64,000 nucleotides of DNA from Longimicrobiales bacterium (GTDB lineage: Bacteria > Gemmatimonadota > Gemmatimonadetes > Longimicrobiales > Gaopeijiaceae): the NCBI GenBank assembly GCA_965248195.1, contig CBDFIQ010000001.1, positions 640,001 through 704,000 of the forward strand, given 5' to 3'. The position numbers and the translations under genes are program-made. Under the pieces are notes generated by a model. The model worked only from the letters and a program-made list of their open reading frames with translations, had not been told where the DNA came from and searched no databases. Positions 1 through 10,124 of the stretch are shown here, piece by piece (the first letter of the stretch is position 1; the number at the start of each line of letters is the position of its first letter).

Positions 1-1
1 G

Positions 2-412
2 GAAATTTCTCGGGAGATGGAGGAGCCGATCGAAACGATCCGTGCTCTTCGGAGGGTAGCTGCCAGCGAATTGAGCCTAGACGCTCCCATCGATCGCAGT
101 GACGGAAACAGCGCGAGCTTCGGTGAGCGCTTCGCCGGAATCGAGGCGACCGACATCGAAAAGGACGTTGAAGCCATCGCTCGCAGGGATTTCCTCGATA
201 CGATGTTCGACAGCTATCTCACCGAGCGGGAGAGGAAGATTCTTTACCTCTACTACGGCTTGGACGACGGCGAAGAACGTACGCTCGAGGAAATCGGATC
301 CCTCCTCGGAGTCACCCGCGAGCGGATCCGGCAGATACGGAACCGCGCGTTCGAGAAGTTGCGTGAAAGTCCGCACGGCGCGTCGTTGTCTGGATTCTGG
401 AGCGCGAACTGA
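2..412 (+). CDS. RNA polymerase sigma-70 family factor (RpoD/RpoS-like), C-terminal part; 5' end lies outside the window
   Basis: Region 3/4 motifs SLDAPI and RTLEEIGSLLGVTRERIRQIRNRAFEKLR; frame open from the window start. Confidence 0.9.
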   Translation, partial: EISREMEEPIETIRALRRVAASELSLDAPIDRSDGNSASFGERFAGIEATDIEKDVEAIARRDFLDTMFDSYLTERERKILYLYYGLDDGEERTLEEIGSLLGVTRERIRQIRNRAFEKLRESPHGASLSGFWSAN

Positions 413-439
413 CACGCGGGATCCTCCACTGAACCCAGG

Positions 440-468
440 GCCCCGTCACGCGAGACGGGGCTTTTTTT
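440..468 (+). terminator. Rho-independent terminator after the sigma factor gene
   Basis: GCCCCGTC-acgcga-GACGGGGC hairpin followed by T7. Confidence 0.85.
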
Positions 469-488
469 GCTCCCAGGGGTGGAGACAA

Positions 489-2558
489 ATGAATATCCCG
501 ATGGGCTCAGCGATGACCATCGCAGGCCCGATCATGGCTCTTCTCTGGCCGTGGACCGGAAGCGCCCAGGACCAGTCCGAGTGGAACGGCGAGCGGGTAC
601 TCGAGCTCGTGCAGCAAGCCCGAAACCTCCGCCAGGCCACCGCGATCGACTCGGCCTTTCAGGCGTACCAGGCCGACGCGCACGGCTATGTGTACTTCTT
701 CATCGATCGGACCGACAGCGACGAACGGACGCTTGTAAAGACCGACCAGGTGGCCCTCGAGGTCTTTTGGAAGGCACCCGACCAGACCACGCAGCGGTTG
801 GTCGGCCGCCGCGACGCGAAGGCGCTACCCACCAGCATCACCTATCACCTCGATCACCTGACCGTCGTACAAGATGACTTCGGCGACCTAATTCGCCTCG
901 GCGATGGCGATGAAGTCGAGGCTGTAGTTCATCCCGTCGCACCCAGATCGGAGTCTATCTACGACTACCGCCTCGCCGATTCTTTGACCGTGACCATCCC
1001 AAGCCCCGTGTCGGAAATCCGGGTCTACGAGCTAGAGATTCGACCGAAGGACGCTGAGGGTCCAGGCGTTATCGGAAGGCTTTTCCTTGAGCGGGGGACC
1101 GGTGCCATCGTGCGGATGAGCTTCACTTTTACCCCCGCTTCCTACGTCGATGGGAGCCTGGATTACATCCGTATCTCCATGGACAACTCCGTATGGGACG
1201 GAAGGTATTGGCTTCCCTATAGGCAGGAAGTCGAGCTCAGGCGGGAGCTCCCCCTCATCGAGTTCCTGGGGGGCAGCGTTATCCGGGGCCGCTTCGAAAT
1301 TCGAAATTACCGGTTCAATCCAGAACTTCCCCCAACCCTCTTCCTCCGGGGGCCGTTCACTTCAGCTCCAGCGGCCGAACGCAGAAACTTTCCATTCGAA
1401 TCAGGCTTGTACGATCAACTCTCCGACGAGGGCCTAGACCCATCCCCAGAGATTCAAGCGATCCGTGAGCAGGCGAGAGCCGTCCTGGGAAAGCGGTACT
1501 TGAGCGGGTTGAATCCCGCCCGTCTCCATGTGCCCTCCGTTTCATCCGTGTACAGGTACAATCGTGCCGAGGGATCCTTCGCGGGAGCCGGCACATCCTT
1601 TCGGCTGGGCTCGACCTGGAGGCTTCTTTCACGGGGCGGCTACACATTCGAACGGAAGAACGGTCAACTCGCCGTCGACCTCGTGTCGAGTCCCACGCCC
1701 AAGGGCGTCAACATGGGTGTATGGTGGAACGAGCTTCAGAACGCATCAGGCGGCCTCCCTGGGGCGAGCCGCACCGTCAACACGCTGAGTGGACTGCTCA
1801 CCAACCGAGACTTTACAGATCCCTATTTCACGTCGGGAGCGGGCATCCGCTACGGATGGAGCCTAGGAGCTTCGAGCTCACTCGAAGTGGGCGCCGAATG
1901 GGAACGTCATCGTTCCGGAACAAACGTCGTGGACGATGGACTCGGAAGGGATCGAGCGACCGAGTCAGGGTCCAGCCACCCGGTACTGTCGGTCGACGAG
2001 GGCGACGACCGGGCCGTGGAGGTGACGCATGCCACCCGGACCGCCGCCCGAGGGTTCGAAAGCTGGGCGACGGCCCGGGTCGGACAAATGGGAGAACAGG
2101 CGTACGCCTCGCTCTGGTGGGCCACCACGCTCCGGCGGGAACTCCACGAGCGGGGCACCACCCTCGAGGCTGGGCTTCGAGTCGGCATCTCGACCCAGGA
2201 CGCCCCCGTGCAGAAGCTCTTTCTCCTGGGCGGCCGCCATACCCTCCCGGGTTACCCCTTTCGCTCGTTCATCGGTTCCGAAATGGCCCTCCTTCGAGTC
2301 GAGGCCAGCCAGGCTGTATTCGCTCCTTGGCTCAAGGCCCACATCTTCGGCGCGGCAGGAGTGACGGGCTTCACACGCACAAGCCTTCCCGACCCCGGCT
2401 GGCTTCGCCAAGACACAGATGGGGTGAAAAGCTCAGCTGGGTTGGGCTTGAAGCTGGGCTGGGATCTGTTGCGCTTCGACGTAGGGCGGGGCCTGAACGA
2501 CGGAGGGGACTGGGAATTCGTCTTTTCCGTCCAGCGCCGCTTCTGGGAGTGGCTATAG
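489..2558 (+). CDS. Outer-membrane beta-barrel protein with a large N-terminal domain (Omp85/DUF5686-like)
   Basis: ATG at 489 after GGAG, downstream of the terminator; signal peptide; C-terminal amphipathic strands, LGG..TLPGY motif, aromatic C-terminus. Confidence 0.65.
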   Translation: MNIPMGSAMTIAGPIMALLWPWTGSAQDQSEWNGERVLELVQQARNLRQATAIDSAFQAYQADAHGYVYFFIDRTDSDERTLVKTDQVALEVFWKAPDQTTQRLVGRRDAKALPTSITYHLDHLTVVQDDFGDLIRLGDGDEVEAVVHPVAPRSESIYDYRLADSLTVTIPSPVSEIRVYELEIRPKDAEGPGVIGRLFLERGTGAIVRMSFTFTPASYVDGSLDYIRISMDNSVWDGRYWLPYRQEVELRRELPLIEFLGGSVIRGRFEIRNYRFNPELPPTLFLRGPFTSAPAAERRNFPFESGLYDQLSDEGLDPSPEIQAIREQARAVLGKRYLSGLNPARLHVPSVSSVYRYNRAEGSFAGAGTSFRLGSTWRLLSRGGYTFERKNGQLAVDLVSSPTPKGVNMGVWWNELQNASGGLPGASRTVNTLSGLLTNRDFTDPYFTSGAGIRYGWSLGASSSLEVGAEWERHRSGTNVVDDGLGRDRATESGSSHPVLSVDEGDDRAVEVTHATRTAARGFESWATARVGQMGEQAYASLWWATTLRRELHERGTTLEAGLRVGISTQDAPVQKLFLLGGRHTLPGYPFRSFIGSEMALLRVEASQAVFAPWLKAHIFGAAGVTGFTRTSLPDPGWLRQDTDGVKSSAGLGLKLGWDLLRFDVGRGLNDGGDWEFVFSVQRRFWEWL

Positions 2559-2598
2559 TAATCTGGCCCCGCCCCCTAAATCGCCGGCCCCGGCCAAC

Positions 2599-2949
2599 TC
2601 AGGCGGCTACTTGGACCTCGGCCTCCCGCGCGGTGAGCAGCACCAATTCGCGTACGTTGACGTCGGCAGTGGGAATCTTCACACCCTCCCTTTCGTACGC
2701 ATCGTACTCCAGCCGTCCCTCAACATAGATCCGATCGCCCTTTTTCACGTTTTCCTCTGTGAACTCGGCCAGGCCGGCCCAAAACGTGAGCCGATGCCAG
2801 TCGGTCCGCTGTTCGCTGTCGTCTCCGAACGGCGGACGGTTGGTTGCCAGACTCAGGTGCACGACCTTGGTTCCGCTCTTGGTCTCGAAAACATCCGGAT
2901 CGCGTCCGACGTTTCCTACCAGAATAATCTTGTTGATGGTGCGGCTCAT
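2599..2949 (-). CDS. ssb: Single-stranded DNA-binding protein (short form, 116 aa)
   Basis: INKIILVGNVGRDP, TDWHR and KKGDRIYVEGRL OB-fold motifs; GGAGG-like SD upstream of ATG 2949. Confidence 0.9.
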   Translation of the reverse strand: MSRTINKIILVGNVGRDPDVFETKSGTKVVHLSLATNRPPFGDDSEQRTDWHRLTFWAGLAEFTEENVKKGDRIYVEGRLEYDAYEREGVKIPTADVNVRELVLLTAREAEVQVAA

Positions 2950-3095
2950 CTCATCCTCCCGCGTAAATTCGCGGCCGGCCCGTGAGCCGGCTCCATCGAG
3001 CTCGGACCGCGGGGGCCTGTCTTTGAGTTGGACAAGGGAAGGTGTGGAGTCGGGAGGGGCCGGGGGATGGCTGGACGGGCCTGTCGTGCGAGCCA

Positions 3096-5936
3096 CTAAC
3101 CCTTCGTCTCGAACCAGCTCTCTCCCACACCTCCCTCGACCACCAGCGGAACGCAGAGCTCCATCGCACCCTCCATCGCCGACACCACCACCTCGGCAAG
3201 AGCGTCTTCTTCGCCACGCGGCACCTCGAAGAGCAGCTCGTCATGGACCTGAAGCAGAAGACGGGCCCCCGTTTCCACCTCGGCCAACGCACGGGTCACG
3301 TCAAGCATCGCCTTCTTGATCATGTCCGCCGCCGTGCCCTGGATGGGCGTGTTCTGGGCGACTCGTTCCCCGAACTGGCGGACGTTCCAGTTCTTGGCTT
3401 GCAGCTCCGGGATGTGGCGCCGCCGCCCCATGAGGGTCTCGACGAAGCCCTTCTCGTGAGCACTCGCCACCTGCTCATCTAGATAGGCCCGCACACCGCT
3501 GAAGCGCTCGAAGTACTGATCGATGAACACCTTCGCCTCTTCGCGGCCGATGCCGAGCTGTCGGGCGAGCGAAAACGCACCTTGTCCATACAGGGTGGCG
3601 AAGTTGATCGTCTTCGCCTGGCCCCGCTGCTCGGACGTCACCCGGTCGAGGGGAATGTCGAAGACCACGGCGGCGGTCTGCTTATGGACGTCGATCCCGC
3701 TCCTGAACGCTCGGACCAGGGGCTCATCCCCGGAGAAGTGCGCCAGGATTCGCAGCTCGACCTGGGAATAGTCCGCTCCGTAGAACAGGTAACCCTCCGC
3801 AGGGATGAATCCCTTCCGGATCTCCCGCCCCAAGTCCGTTCGTATCGGGATGTTCTGAAGATTGGGATCGCTCGACGAGAGCCGCCCCGTGGCCGCCACC
3901 GTTTGATTGAAGCGGGTGTGGATCCTGCCCGTTCGTGGAAGCACCAACTGGGGCAGCGCGTCCACATAGGTCGAGCGGAGCTTCTCCAGCTCCCGGTACT
4001 CCATCATGAGCCGGGGAATCTCGTGCCCCTGTATCGCGAGCTCTTCCAAGACCGAGGAGTCCGTGGAGGGACCCGTCTTCGTCCGCTTGATCACGGGGAG
4101 TCCCTGCTGTTCGAAAAGGATCTCACGTAGTTGCGGTGTGGAGTTCAGATTGAATTCCGACCCGGCGACTTTGTAGATCTCGTCCCGGATGAGCGTCAGA
4201 TCGCGTTCCAGACGCTCGCTCATCGTCAGGAAGAAGGCCGGATCGATGCGTATTCCCTCCTGCTCCATCCCAACCAGAACCGGCAGGAGCGGCATCTCCA
4301 AGTTCTCGAAGAGTCCGGCAAGCCCTTGGGCTGCAAGATCTACGGCGGAGAGTTCCGCCAGGCGGAGCGCGGCATCGACGCCCTGAGCCGCATAGTCCCG
4401 TGCCTTCTCCTGGTCCACCTCTGAAAAGCTGATCCTTTTCTGGCCCGTCCCGACTACGTCGTTGTAGGGCGTGCGGGAAAAATCGAGGGAATCCTGGCAG
4501 AGCGCATCCAGATCGTGTTTCCGCCGGCCCGGGTCGAGCACGTAGGACGCGAGGGTCACATCGAAGGTCATCCCCCTGAGGCGGACGCCCACTCGGGCCA
4601 GAGACAGCGCCGACGCCTTCAGGTCGGCCCCTAGCTTCTCGACGCCGGGATCCTCCAGGAGATCGACCAGGGCGGCGAGAGCGTCGTGTCCCATTTCAGG
4701 AAGATTGGCGATCCCGGACGATTCGAACGCTAGCGTTGGCTCCCCGTGAGGCACGTGACCGAAGGAGAGATAGAAGGCCTCGCCCACGTCCACCGCCAGC
4801 GCGAGGCCAACCAAACCAGCTCGATGCGGATCGAGGAAAGCATTTTGTACCCCGAGGGCCACCCGACCTACCTCGCGGGCCCGACCGACCAACGCCCCGA
4901 TATCGTCCGGCTCGGTGACCAGGTGGCAACGAACCGGTGGGGGCCCGCCCGTCGCCGTGGACGCCGGACCGGCCGCATTATCACCGGGAAGCGAATCGGG
5001 ATCGGCATCATCCTTGACCGCCTGGCCAGGACCTCGAGCCCCTCCGGGCGCGAAGCGCTCCATGAGACGACGAAATTCCATCTCGGCGAAGAACCGGTGA
5101 AGCCTGGGACGATCGGGCTCCCGCACCTGCAGCGCCTCCAGGTCCAACTCGACCTCGAGGTCCGTCATGAGCGTCACGAGCTTCCTGGAGAGTCGAACCT
5201 GGTCCGCATTCTCCTCGAGCGACTCCCGCACACGCTTAGCGGAGATGTCGCTCGCGTGCTTGAGAATCTCGTCGAGGCTCCCGTACTCATCGAGGAGCTT
5301 GAGAGCCGTTTTCGGCCCAACGCCCGGGGCTCCGGGAATGTTGTCAGAGGAGTCCCCGATCAGGGCCAAGTAGTCGATTACCTTGCTCGCCGGAATGCCG
5401 AATTTCTCGTGGGCATTACGCTCGTCCACCCATTCGGCCTCCACACCCGTGCGTCCGCCGCGCCCGGGGTTCAGGAGGTGGATACCGGGTCCCACGAGCT
5501 GATAGAGGTCCTTGTCGCCGGAAACGATGACGGCTTCGAGTCCCGCATCCCTCGCCTTGATCGCCAGAGTGCCGATCACGTCATCAGCCTCATAGCCGTC
5601 CAATTCGACTAGGGCGTCATTGAACGCCGCCACGAGCTCGCGCACGCGGGGCAAACTGGCCCTGAGCTCATCGGGCATCTTCTCCCGGGTCGCCTTGTAG
5701 TCCGGGTATATCTTTTCCCGGTCGCTATTTCCGGCGTCGAACACCACCGCAAGATAGTCGGGTTGATATTTGTCACGGATCTCGATCAGGAAGTTCGCGA
5801 ACCCGAAGGGGGCGGACGTGTTCTCCCCCTTCGAGTTGGTGAGGGGGCGGCGAATGAAGGCGAAGAACGCGCGGTAAATCAGCGCGTAGGCATCGATAAG
5901 GAAGAGACGGGGCGCCTTCTTCGGTGGGACGTCCAT
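3096..5936 (-). CDS. polA: DNA polymerase I
   Basis: 5'-3' exonuclease (LIDAYALIYRAF, EADDVIGTL) and polymerase motifs (TGRLSSSDPNLQNIP, DYSQVELR, QVHDEL). Confidence 0.97.
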   Translation of the reverse strand: MDVPPKKAPRLFLIDAYALIYRAFFAFIRRPLTNSKGENTSAPFGFANFLIEIRDKYQPDYLAVVFDAGNSDREKIYPDYKATREKMPDELRASLPRVRELVAAFNDALVELDGYEADDVIGTLAIKARDAGLEAVIVSGDKDLYQLVGPGIHLLNPGRGGRTGVEAEWVDERNAHEKFGIPASKVIDYLALIGDSSDNIPGAPGVGPKTALKLLDEYGSLDEILKHASDISAKRVRESLEENADQVRLSRKLVTLMTDLEVELDLEALQVREPDRPRLHRFFAEMEFRRLMERFAPGGARGPGQAVKDDADPDSLPGDNAAGPASTATGGPPPVRCHLVTEPDDIGALVGRAREVGRVALGVQNAFLDPHRAGLVGLALAVDVGEAFYLSFGHVPHGEPTLAFESSGIANLPEMGHDALAALVDLLEDPGVEKLGADLKASALSLARVGVRLRGMTFDVTLASYVLDPGRRKHDLDALCQDSLDFSRTPYNDVVGTGQKRISFSEVDQEKARDYAAQGVDAALRLAELSAVDLAAQGLAGLFENLEMPLLPVLVGMEQEGIRIDPAFFLTMSERLERDLTLIRDEIYKVAGSEFNLNSTPQLREILFEQQGLPVIKRTKTGPSTDSSVLEELAIQGHEIPRLMMEYRELEKLRSTYVDALPQLVLPRTGRIHTRFNQTVAATGRLSSSDPNLQNIPIRTDLGREIRKGFIPAEGYLFYGADYSQVELRILAHFSGDEPLVRAFRSGIDVHKQTAAVVFDIPLDRVTSEQRGQAKTINFATLYGQGAFSLARQLGIGREEAKVFIDQYFERFSGVRAYLDEQVASAHEKGFVETLMGRRRHIPELQAKNWNVRQFGERVAQNTPIQGTAADMIKKAMLDVTRALAEVETGARLLLQVHDELLFEVPRGEEDALAEVVVSAMEGAMELCVPLVVEGGVGESWFETKG

Positions 5937-5938
5937 CG

Positions 5939-6247
5939 CTAGGAGGGTGATCGGAAAGGGGGGTGGGCCGCGTTGCGGATGCCACGGCCCCAGCTCCTAG
6001 GCGGAGCGACGACGCCATAGCCGTAGCTATGGCTAGGAACTCCAACAACGGAGATGGGGTCGTGCCACCGCAACCCTTCGACGTGTAAGGTCATGCCCTT
6101 CATGATCGTGGGCACATGGCGGTTGCGCGGTTGATCCTGCGTCTCTCCTCGTCGCCGTAGACGGACTACGACTCCTCGTCGTTCCTTGTCTGAACGTGCG
6201 CAAGCGCCATGTGCGCGACCCGCCCCCCTTTCCGATCACCCTTCTAG
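5939..6247. mobile_element. MITE-like non-coding element with 34-bp terminal inverted repeats, terminal CTAG and a nested internal stem-loop architecture
   Basis: 5939-5972 matches the reverse complement of 6214-6247 at 31/34; CTAG at both ends; multiple internal helices; no credible ORF. Confidence 0.6.
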
Positions 6248-6337
6248 GTCCGTGAATCACAGGACTGTTGGGGCTGGTAACTCATAGATCGACGAACTTA
6301 GACAACCCAGGAAGGCGAGGCCACATGGTGGGTTGTC

Positions 6338-6376
6338 AAAAAAAACGCCCCACGGATCTCCTCAACCCGGGGGCGT
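6338..6376 (-). terminator. Rho-independent terminator of the cold-shock gene
   Basis: On the minus strand an ACGCCCC...GGGGCGT stem followed by a T8 run. Confidence 0.7.
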
Positions 6377-6396
6377 CTTCATCCGTTCTGTCGGTG

Positions 6397-6597
6397 TCAG
6401 GCCCTGACTACATTGGTGGCCCGGTATCCATTCTCGGTCTCCGCCAACTCGAACTCCACTTCCTCGCCCTCTGTCAGGGTGCGAAAGCCATCGGTGATGA
6501 TAGCTGAGAAGTGGACAAACAGGTCATCGCCCTCGGGACGAGCGATAAACCCATACCCTCTGCTATCGCTGAACCATTTAACGGTCCCTTTCGACAT
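6397..6597 (-). CDS. Cold-shock domain protein (CspA family)
   Basis: [18 protein letters not shown] and LFVHFSAI (RNP1/RNP2), 66 aa; AGGAG SD. Confidence 0.95.
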   Translation of the reverse strand: MSKGTVKWFSDSRGYGFIARPEGDDLFVHFSAIITDGFRTLTEGEEVEFELAETENGYRATNVVRA

Positions 6598-6749
6598 GCG
6601 GCCTACTCCTTCTGCGGCACGGAACGATGGTTCGTCACGCCCAGGGCGTTGCGTCCGACCGAGGGCCGTGACCGGGTCTGGCGACCCGCACCTAGGGTAT
6701 CGGCCCGACCGGGTAGCCGTCAAGGAATTCGTCTTAGAGGCCCTAAAGG

Positions 6750-9092
6750 TTAATCCTCTCCGTAAAGAAACTGGTAGAGACCGATGTTGCGCGTGATGCT
6801 CTTCACGTATCCCCGGGTCTCGTCGAAGGGAATACGCTCCGTGAATCGAAGGGGATCCGCAAACTCGGGAAGCTGTCTCCAACGGCGTGCTCGGGTGGGA
6901 CCGGCATTGTATGCGGACAGCACCAGTGGCAGCTTGCCATCGCCGTATCGTCGCTCCATGTCGAGCCAAAACCTCGTTGCCAAGTGAAGGTTGATTTCCG
7001 CCGTCTCGAGACTCGCAGCCGTGAACCCTCGGATTCCCTGGCCCCGAGCGAGATCCCGCCCTGTCGCCGGCATGACCTGCATGAGGCCGATGGCTCCCGC
7101 CGGTGAATGAATTGTCGGCGTGAACGCCGATTCTTGCCGAATCAAAGCGGCCAGAAAAATTGGATCGATGCCGCGCTCATCCGCCTCTCTGGTGACAAGC
7201 TCCCGATAGGGGAACGGATAAAGAACCCGAAGCAGGCGCTTGGTCTGCGAAGCCCCGCCGCGCAGCAGATCCTGCCCAAGGCGGATCCCCTCGATGGAGA
7301 AACCCCGTTCGATCAGGGCATCGGCCACGTCGAGCCCTTCCGGAACCGATCCGTCCGTGCGCACGATCAGCCCATCGATGTGGGCCTCCACTCCTGCGTC
7401 GAGACCTGCCGCCACGAGCAGGTCCAGCGTCCTCAATGCGTCTCGGAGCCAGGGTCTCGGCGCCGATACCGGCCCCGAGGGCACAGCGGGGCGGAAAGGC
7501 TCCCCGAGGAGATCGAATGCGAGCACGCCGTAGTAGGACAGGGCGTCTCGGTCCCGTATCTCACTCAGGTATTGCTGGGCGTCCTCGTCACGGCCGAGGG
7601 CCCTCAGACTTCGAGCCACCCAAAAGGTGGCCTCGGCCCAGCGCTCACCACTAGGGAATTCCTCGAGGTAGCTACCGAACACTTCGGCCGCCGCTTCTTC
7701 ATCGTTCTGTTGAAGACGGATCTGACCAAGCCGCATTCGGGCCAGACCCGCCGAAGCGTGCGACGGCTCCATCGCGATCGCCCGCTCGAAACCGGCGGCC
7801 GCCTCCGTGTACGTGCCGCGCGCCAGTGCAGAGTTGGCCCGTGCTACGACGATATCGACCGCCTCGCGGCTCTCTGGGTACCGATCGATGATCCATCCCT
7901 CGATCGTTCGGACCGCATCTCGCCGGCCTTGCCGGCTCCGAGCCGCGCGCCATTGATCGAGGACGCGGAGCTCGAACACAGCGTCGTCGGTCTCGACCAG
8001 CTTCCTGAACTCCACCACCGCCGCCTCGTGCGTCCCGACCGCCGAAAGCAGGCGCGCGCGCGCCAACCGTACCGCGGGTTCGGGCTGGACCGCCTCCGGC
8101 AACCCGGCCAAGTGCCACTCATAGGCTTGAAGTGCCTGGTGATTCTCCCTGGCCCGGTCCAGGATCCGGGCCGAGCGGAGAGCCTGATCCGCGTCCACCG
8201 TACCGGTCCGTAGAACCCCCCAGGCCGCCCTTACCCCGCTCGCTCCCCGCGGGTACGCGTCCAAGGACGCCTGGTACGCCGCTCGCGCTGCCTCCAAATC
8301 TCCACGAATCGCCGCCAACGCACCGATGGCTTCCATCGCCTCACCACGCTGCGCCGCCCTTAGATCCCCCTGGACGATCTCGGCATATCGATCCAGGGCG
8401 CGGGCCGTGTCACCGGCCGCCAGCCAGGCACGAGGTTCCAGATCCCACGCCAACTCGGCGATGGCGGAGTCTCCCCTGAGCAGTGGAAGAAACCGTAACG
8501 TCTCTTCCGGGTCTCCCTGTTCAAGTGCGTTGCGGGCCATCTGCAACACGGTCCATTTCGACAACTCCGGCGAACGTCGGCCTGCCGCCTCTAGGGCACC
8601 GAGCATCGGCACCCAAGCGCCGGCCCGCGCCGCAACCTGCGCCTCCCGGGAAGCCACCCACGGAGTCTGCTTCGCGATCTGGCTGGTCGACCGGAAGCGT
8701 CGGTATTGTTGAGCCGCCTCATCCCATCGCTCCGCCGCCTCTAGCGCACGCGCCACCAGCAGCCTGCCCTCCCCACCTCCGATCCGATCGAGCCAGTCCG
8801 CCCCCTCCAGTTCCGCCAGCACATCGTCCCAATTATTCCAGCCCGCATCGGCACGAGCGAACAGGAGTAGCTCCGGGGGCGTCAGTGCGGCTTCGTCGGC
8901 GCCACGCGCTCTCAATATCCGACTTGCGTGCCAAAACCTCCCCGCTTCGAACTCGGCTCTGGCCGAGTCGACCGTCTGATCAGGAGCATCCGCACCGACG
9001 AGCAAGGCGGCCGAGTCAGGAAAGGCCGGAGCCGTGGGAACGCCCGCCCACAGCGCCAAAAGAACAGAGATCGACCCGAGGAATTTCACCAA
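6750..9092 (-). CDS. TPR-containing soluble lytic murein transglycosylase (Slt family)
   Basis: Signal peptide, TPR-like helical repeats, C-terminal SLT motifs [27 protein letters not shown]. Confidence 0.9.
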   Translation of the reverse strand: MVKFLGSISVLLALWAGVPTAPAFPDSAALLVGADAPDQTVDSARAEFEAGRFWHASRILRARGADEAALTPPELLLFARADAGWNNWDDVLAELEGADWLDRIGGGEGRLLVARALEAAERWDEAAQQYRRFRSTSQIAKQTPWVASREAQVAARAGAWVPMLGALEAAGRRSPELSKWTVLQMARNALEQGDPEETLRFLPLLRGDSAIAELAWDLEPRAWLAAGDTARALDRYAEIVQGDLRAAQRGEAMEAIGALAAIRGDLEAARAAYQASLDAYPRGASGVRAAWGVLRTGTVDADQALRSARILDRARENHQALQAYEWHLAGLPEAVQPEPAVRLARARLLSAVGTHEAAVVEFRKLVETDDAVFELRVLDQWRAARSRQGRRDAVRTIEGWIIDRYPESREAVDIVVARANSALARGTYTEAAAGFERAIAMEPSHASAGLARMRLGQIRLQQNDEEAAAEVFGSYLEEFPSGERWAEATFWVARSLRALGRDEDAQQYLSEIRDRDALSYYGVLAFDLLGEPFRPAVPSGPVSAPRPWLRDALRTLDLLVAAGLDAGVEAHIDGLIVRTDGSVPEGLDVADALIERGFSIEGIRLGQDLLRGGASQTKRLLRVLYPFPYRELVTREADERGIDPIFLAALIRQESAFTPTIHSPAGAIGLMQVMPATGRDLARGQGIRGFTAASLETAEINLHLATRFWLDMERRYGDGKLPLVLSAYNAGPTRARRWRQLPEFADPLRFTERIPFDETRGYVKSITRNIGLYQFLYGED

Positions 9093-9262
9093 ACAGCACT
9101 ACCCGACGCGAAGGGAAGCCGGAAAAACATGCCCTATTCCGGAAACAGATATTTCAAGAGGCGGACCTCTAATAATAGTGTGGACCTCGAAATTTACCTA
9201 CTGACCCGCGGCTCCAACCGGGCAGCTCCGGAGGGAAGGTCAGGTGGGCAGCGCATGTGCAT

Positions 9263-9294
9263 AAGAAAAGGGGCCGCCCTTTCGGGCGGCCCCT
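9263..9294 (-). terminator. Rho-independent terminator after the ExbB/TolQ gene
   Basis: 11-bp GC stem AGGGGCCGCCC-GAAA-GGGCGGCCCCT followed by TTTCTT on the minus strand. Confidence 0.85.
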
Positions 9295-9319
9295 CTTATG
9301 GTACACGCAGGTGCTCTTA

Positions 9320-10036
9320 CTACCGAGCGCGGTCCGACTCCATGGCGTGGAGCATGTCGATCATTTTCTGAGCCGACTCCTCCATATCGATGACCAAGCT
9401 GTCGATGCGCGCCACGAAGTAGTTGTGCGAAATGCTCACGGGAATCGCGATGACGAGTCCCGTCGCAGTCGTGAGCAACGCCACCTTGATCCCACCGGCA
9501 ACCAGCGTGGCCTCGACCTCGCCCGCCGCTTCGATGGACTGGAAGGCGATGATCATTCCGATCACGGTTCCGAGGAAGCCGAGGAGAGGAGCCACGTTGG
9601 TGAGCGTAGCAAGGACCACCAGGCCCTTCTCGAGCTTGCTCAACTCGATGAGACCCTGGTTCTCGATGGCCTTCATCACACGATCCGTGCCCTCCTCATG
9701 CCGATCTAGACCGGCATAGAGAATTTTCGCGGCAGGAGCGTCCGAGTTCCGGGTCGCCTCGAGCGCCTCATCGATGCGGTGCTCTTCCAGGAGCCCGTCC
9801 ACCTCACCCAGAATCTTTTTCGTCCGGGTCGAACTGGCGAGGAGGTCGAAGAACTTCCAGATGATGACGATAAAGCCGATGACTACGCAGATGGCCAAGG
9901 GCACGCGCATGAATCCCATGTCCCCCCAAAGAACCGAAGCCTGCTCACCTATCGTCAGATCCGGAGCCTCGACCCCAGGAATCTGCAGGAGCGCACTATA
10001 GACACGCATCACACCGACCAAAAGGACCTCCAGCAA
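9320..10036 (-). CDS. MotA/TolQ/ExbB proton channel family protein
   Basis: APLLGFLGTVIGMI and GIKVALLTTATGLVIAIP motifs; start uncertain (10036 or 10009). Confidence 0.92.
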   Translation of the reverse strand: MLEVLLVGVMRVYSALLQIPGVEAPDLTIGEQASVLWGDMGFMRVPLAICVVIGFIVIIWKFFDLLASSTRTKKILGEVDGLLEEHRIDEALEATRNSDAPAAKILYAGLDRHEEGTDRVMKAIENQGLIELSKLEKGLVVLATLTNVAPLLGFLGTVIGMIIAFQSIEAAGEVEATLVAGGIKVALLTTATGLVIAIPVSISHNYFVARIDSLVIDMEESAQKMIDMLHAMESDRAR

Positions 10037-10124
10037 GAAGTTCTAACTACGTCGCGAGGCCGCCCATGAGGGCGACAACTCTTGATTTTCGGAAGTCCGA
10101 ACCTGCCGGTGCCCGACAACCCTG

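Noticed and set aside
99..488. N-terminal extension of the 819-aa ORF
   Set aside because: Overlaps the sigma factor gene and crosses its terminator; the real start is about 489.
5939..6247. Retron msr-msd, tRNA or tmRNA reading of the structured element
   Set aside because: No reverse transcriptase nearby, no TTC T-loop or CCA end, and no tag reading frame seen.
6598..6969. 190-aa extended version of the cold-shock ORF
   Set aside because: Overlaps the transglycosylase 3' end; the SD and domain start support ATG 6597.
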